64,000 nucleotides of DNA, taken from Candidatus Acidiferrum sp. Lineage in GTDB: Bacteria; Acidobacteriota; Terriglobia; Acidiferrales; UBA7541. Position numbers and translations under genes: made by a program. This document shows, in pieces, positions 62,104 through 64,000 of the stretch; the stretch's first letter is position 1, and every line of letters starts with the position of its first letter. The notes under the pieces are model-generated. The model saw only the letters and a program-made list of their open reading frames with translations. It searched no databases and was not told where the DNA came from. The stretch lies in NCBI GenBank assembly GCA_035262705.1, contig DATFSI010000009.1:3-64002 (forward strand), written 5' to 3'.

Positions 62104-63261
62104 CTAGCCGCGGGTACGGTGGAATTCTTTCATAAAGTGGGTCAGGGCCTCGACGTCGGCCGGGCTGACGGCGTTGTACAGCGAGGCGCGCATGCCACCT
62201 ACGGATCGATGGCCCGGCGTGCCGACCAGTCCGGAAGCGGCGGCCTGCTTGGCGAAATCTTTTTCGAGCGCTTCGTCGCCGGGACCAGCCGCGCTGCCGC
62301 CAACGCGAAAAACGATGTTCATCAGCGAGCGCGAAGCCTTGTCGACGGGGCAGTGGTAAAAGCCGCCGCTCGCGTCGATCGCGTCGTAGGTCAGCCTGGC
62401 CTTCGCTTCATTACGCTTCTGAATGCCGGCCAGCCCGCCTTCCGAGGCGATCCATTCGGTGACGAGCCCGAGGATGTACACGGCAAAAGTTGGCGGCGTG
62501 TGGTACAGGGACTTCTCCTTGATGTGCGTGCGGTATTGCAGAATCGTGGGCAGACTCTTGTCCGCGCGTTCGGCCAGGTCCTTGCGCACGATCACCAGAG
62601 TGACGCCGCTGGGGCCGAGGTTTTTCTGCGCGCCGGCGAAGATCAGCCCGAATTTGGAAACCTCGATCGGCCGGGAAGCGATGTCCGAGGACATATCCGC
62701 CACCAGCGGCGCGGCAGAGGTGGGCAGCGTGTGATATTGCGTGCCTTCGATGGTGTTGTTGGTGCAGAGATAGGTGTAAGAGGCGTCGGGCGCGAGGTCG
62801 ATTTCTTCTTCGCGTGGGACGCGCGTGAACTTTACGCCTTCGGTGGATGCGGCCAGCCGGTGCAGCGTGCCTTTTTTCAGTTCGCTGATGGCCTTCGCGG
62901 TCCACGCGCCGGTGTGCAGCACGTCCACCGGCTTGCCGGGCAGGGCAAGATTCATCGGCACCATGGAGAACTGCAGGCTGCCGCCGCCCTGGACGAAGAT
63001 AACCGCGTAGGCGTCGGGGATTGCCAGCAGCTTGCGCAGGTTTTGCTCGGCGGCGTTGTTGATAGCTTCAAACTCGGCGGAGCGGTGGGAAAGCTCCATC
63101 ACGGACATGCCCGTGCCGCGGTAGTCGAGGAGTTCTTCGCGAATGCGTTCGAGGACCGGCAGGGGTAGGGCCGCGGGGCCGGCGTTGAAATTGTGCGCGC
63201 GATGGCCGGCGCGCTGGTTGGTGGTGGGAGCGAAAGTGATGTTGCCGACGGGGGTGCTCAC
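62104..63261 (-). CDS. serC: Phosphoserine aminotransferase
   Basis: HNFNAGPAALP, SVMELSHR, NNTIEGT, ADMSS, FAGAQKNLGP, GHRSVGG.RASLYNA; GTG start assumed. Confidence 0.95.
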   Translation of the reverse strand: MSTPVGNITFAPTTNQRAGHRAHNFNAGPAALPLPVLERIREELLDYRGTGMSVMELSHRSAEFEAINNAAEQNLRKLLAIPDAYAVIFVQGGGSLQFSMVPMNLALPGKPVDVLHTGAWTAKAISELKKGTLHRLAASTEGVKFTRVPREEEIDLAPDASYTYLCTNNTIEGTQYHTLPTSAAPLVADMSSDIASRPIEVSKFGLIFAGAQKNLGPSGVTLVIVRKDLAERADKSLPTILQYRTHIKEKSLYHTPPTFAVYILGLVTEWIASEGGLAGIQKRNEAKARLTYDAIDASGGFYHCPVDKASRSLMNIVFRVGGSAAGPGDEALEKDFAKQAAASGLVGTPGHRSVGGMRASLYNAVSPADVEALTHFMKEFHRTRG

Positions 63262-63373
63262 GAAAGTAAAACCTTTCGAGTGAATTTGCGGTGCGTCCGA
63301 GCGGGGAAGGCCCGCCCCTCGCGCCAAGCGCTTGGGGTTAAGGAGTGGACCGCTCCATAGAATAGCAGAAGAG

Positions 63374-63539
63374 GTGAGTGGTGACCGGTGACCAGTGGAA
63401 AGAACTCGGCCTCTTGATTTGTGTATTGGCCGGTCTTCAGACCGGTTCTGGTAACACAGGGTTCACCCCGCGTTTCTAATGTCTTTTTACAGGGGGCCTA
63501 CCCTATCCCTTTCCTCCCTATTGCTCGCCACTCGCCACT
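63374..63539. repeat. Short heptamer arrays in serC-cupin intergenic region
   Basis: GTGAGTG GTGACCG GTGACCA (63374-63394) and CTCGCCA CTCGCCA CT (63524-63539), roughly inverted relative to one another. Confidence 0.5.
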
Positions 63540-63608
63540 TTGCAGCCCCAACGCGAGCGGTCCGGGAGTAGAATGTCTGCAATTTGTTCGCTGGAAGAGA
63601 GGCGCCCT

Positions 63609-64000
63609 GTGAGTTTCGACCTTCAGCAATTCATCTCCGATTGTAAAACGGCGATTCGCGAAGACGCTTCGCACGCCGGGGTGCGCCAGGTGATCGAGCG
63701 CGCGGTCTCCGATCCCTCCGCGGTGCTGCGCGCGCTGGGCGAACCGCAGCGTGCCGAGATGCAGAAGATTTACGTGTCGAAGGACCTGACCATCCTGAAC
63801 GTAATCTGGGCTCCCTGGATGACCATCCTGCCGCACAATCATCAGATGTGGGCGGTCATCGGCATCTACACCGGGCGCGAGGACAACATCTTCTGGCGAT
63901 GCCTGCCCAGCGACGCGGGCCGGCGACTGGAAGCCGCGGGCGCGAAAGCGCTGCGCGAAAAAGACGCTTATCCCCTAGGACAGGATATCGTCCATTCGGT
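63609..64000 (+). CDS. Cysteine dioxygenase-like cupin (partial; absent from ORF track)
   Basis: Manual translation from GTG: MSFDLQQFISDC...LTILNVIWAPWMTILPHNHQMWAVIGIYTGREDNIFW...DIVHS; HxH plus distal His; open to window end. Confidence 0.8.
   Translation, partial: MSFDLQQFISDCKTAIREDASHAGVRQVIERAVSDPSAVLRALGEPQRAEMQKIYVSKDLTILNVIWAPWMTILPHNHQMWAVIGIYTGREDNIFWRCLPSDAGRRLEAAGAKALREKDAYPLGQDIVHS

Noticed and set aside
1-64000. CRISPR arrays, tRNA/rRNA genes, transposases, integrases or prophage genes
   Set aside because: No regularly spaced repeat-spacer units or recognisable signatures found by eye; a tRNAscan/Infernal run would be decisive.

Overview
A gene-dense, GC-rich (roughly 60% by eye) bacterial chromosomal window whose gene repertoire (carboxypeptidase-regulatory-domain TonB receptors, WXXGXW protein, hpnB, kinase-TonB fusion) suggests Acidobacteriota; this is an inference. 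Left to right: ECF sigma/zinc anti-sigma pair and a TonB-dependent receptor; a purine catabolism cluster (guanine deaminase, three-subunit xanthine dehydrogenase, allantoinase, allantoicase fused to OHCU decarboxylase, HIU hydrolase, uricase); a Crp/Fnr regulator with CRP-like boxes; a tightly coupled CBM9-like/GH13/AttEFGH-like five-gene operon; a cobalamin uptake locus with a class II and a class I cobalamin riboswitch (btuFCD, btuB, DUF71 ATPase, DUF6580, Nudix); gatB; a BCP peroxiredoxin whose catalytic Cys codon is an in-frame TGA followed by a SECIS-like hairpin (probable selenoprotein, split in the ORF track); panC/panB; a LamG-GH2; hpnB; iorA with two tandem Tat-signal iorB paralogues; a GH18-CE4-GT2 fusion; a pseudokinase-TM-TonB-C fusion; citrate synthase, pirin and serC. 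No rRNA, tRNA, CRISPR array, transposase or prophage was recognised. Small REP-like palindromes and heptamer arrays occur in intergenic regions. All calls come from reading motifs by eye; no database searches were run.
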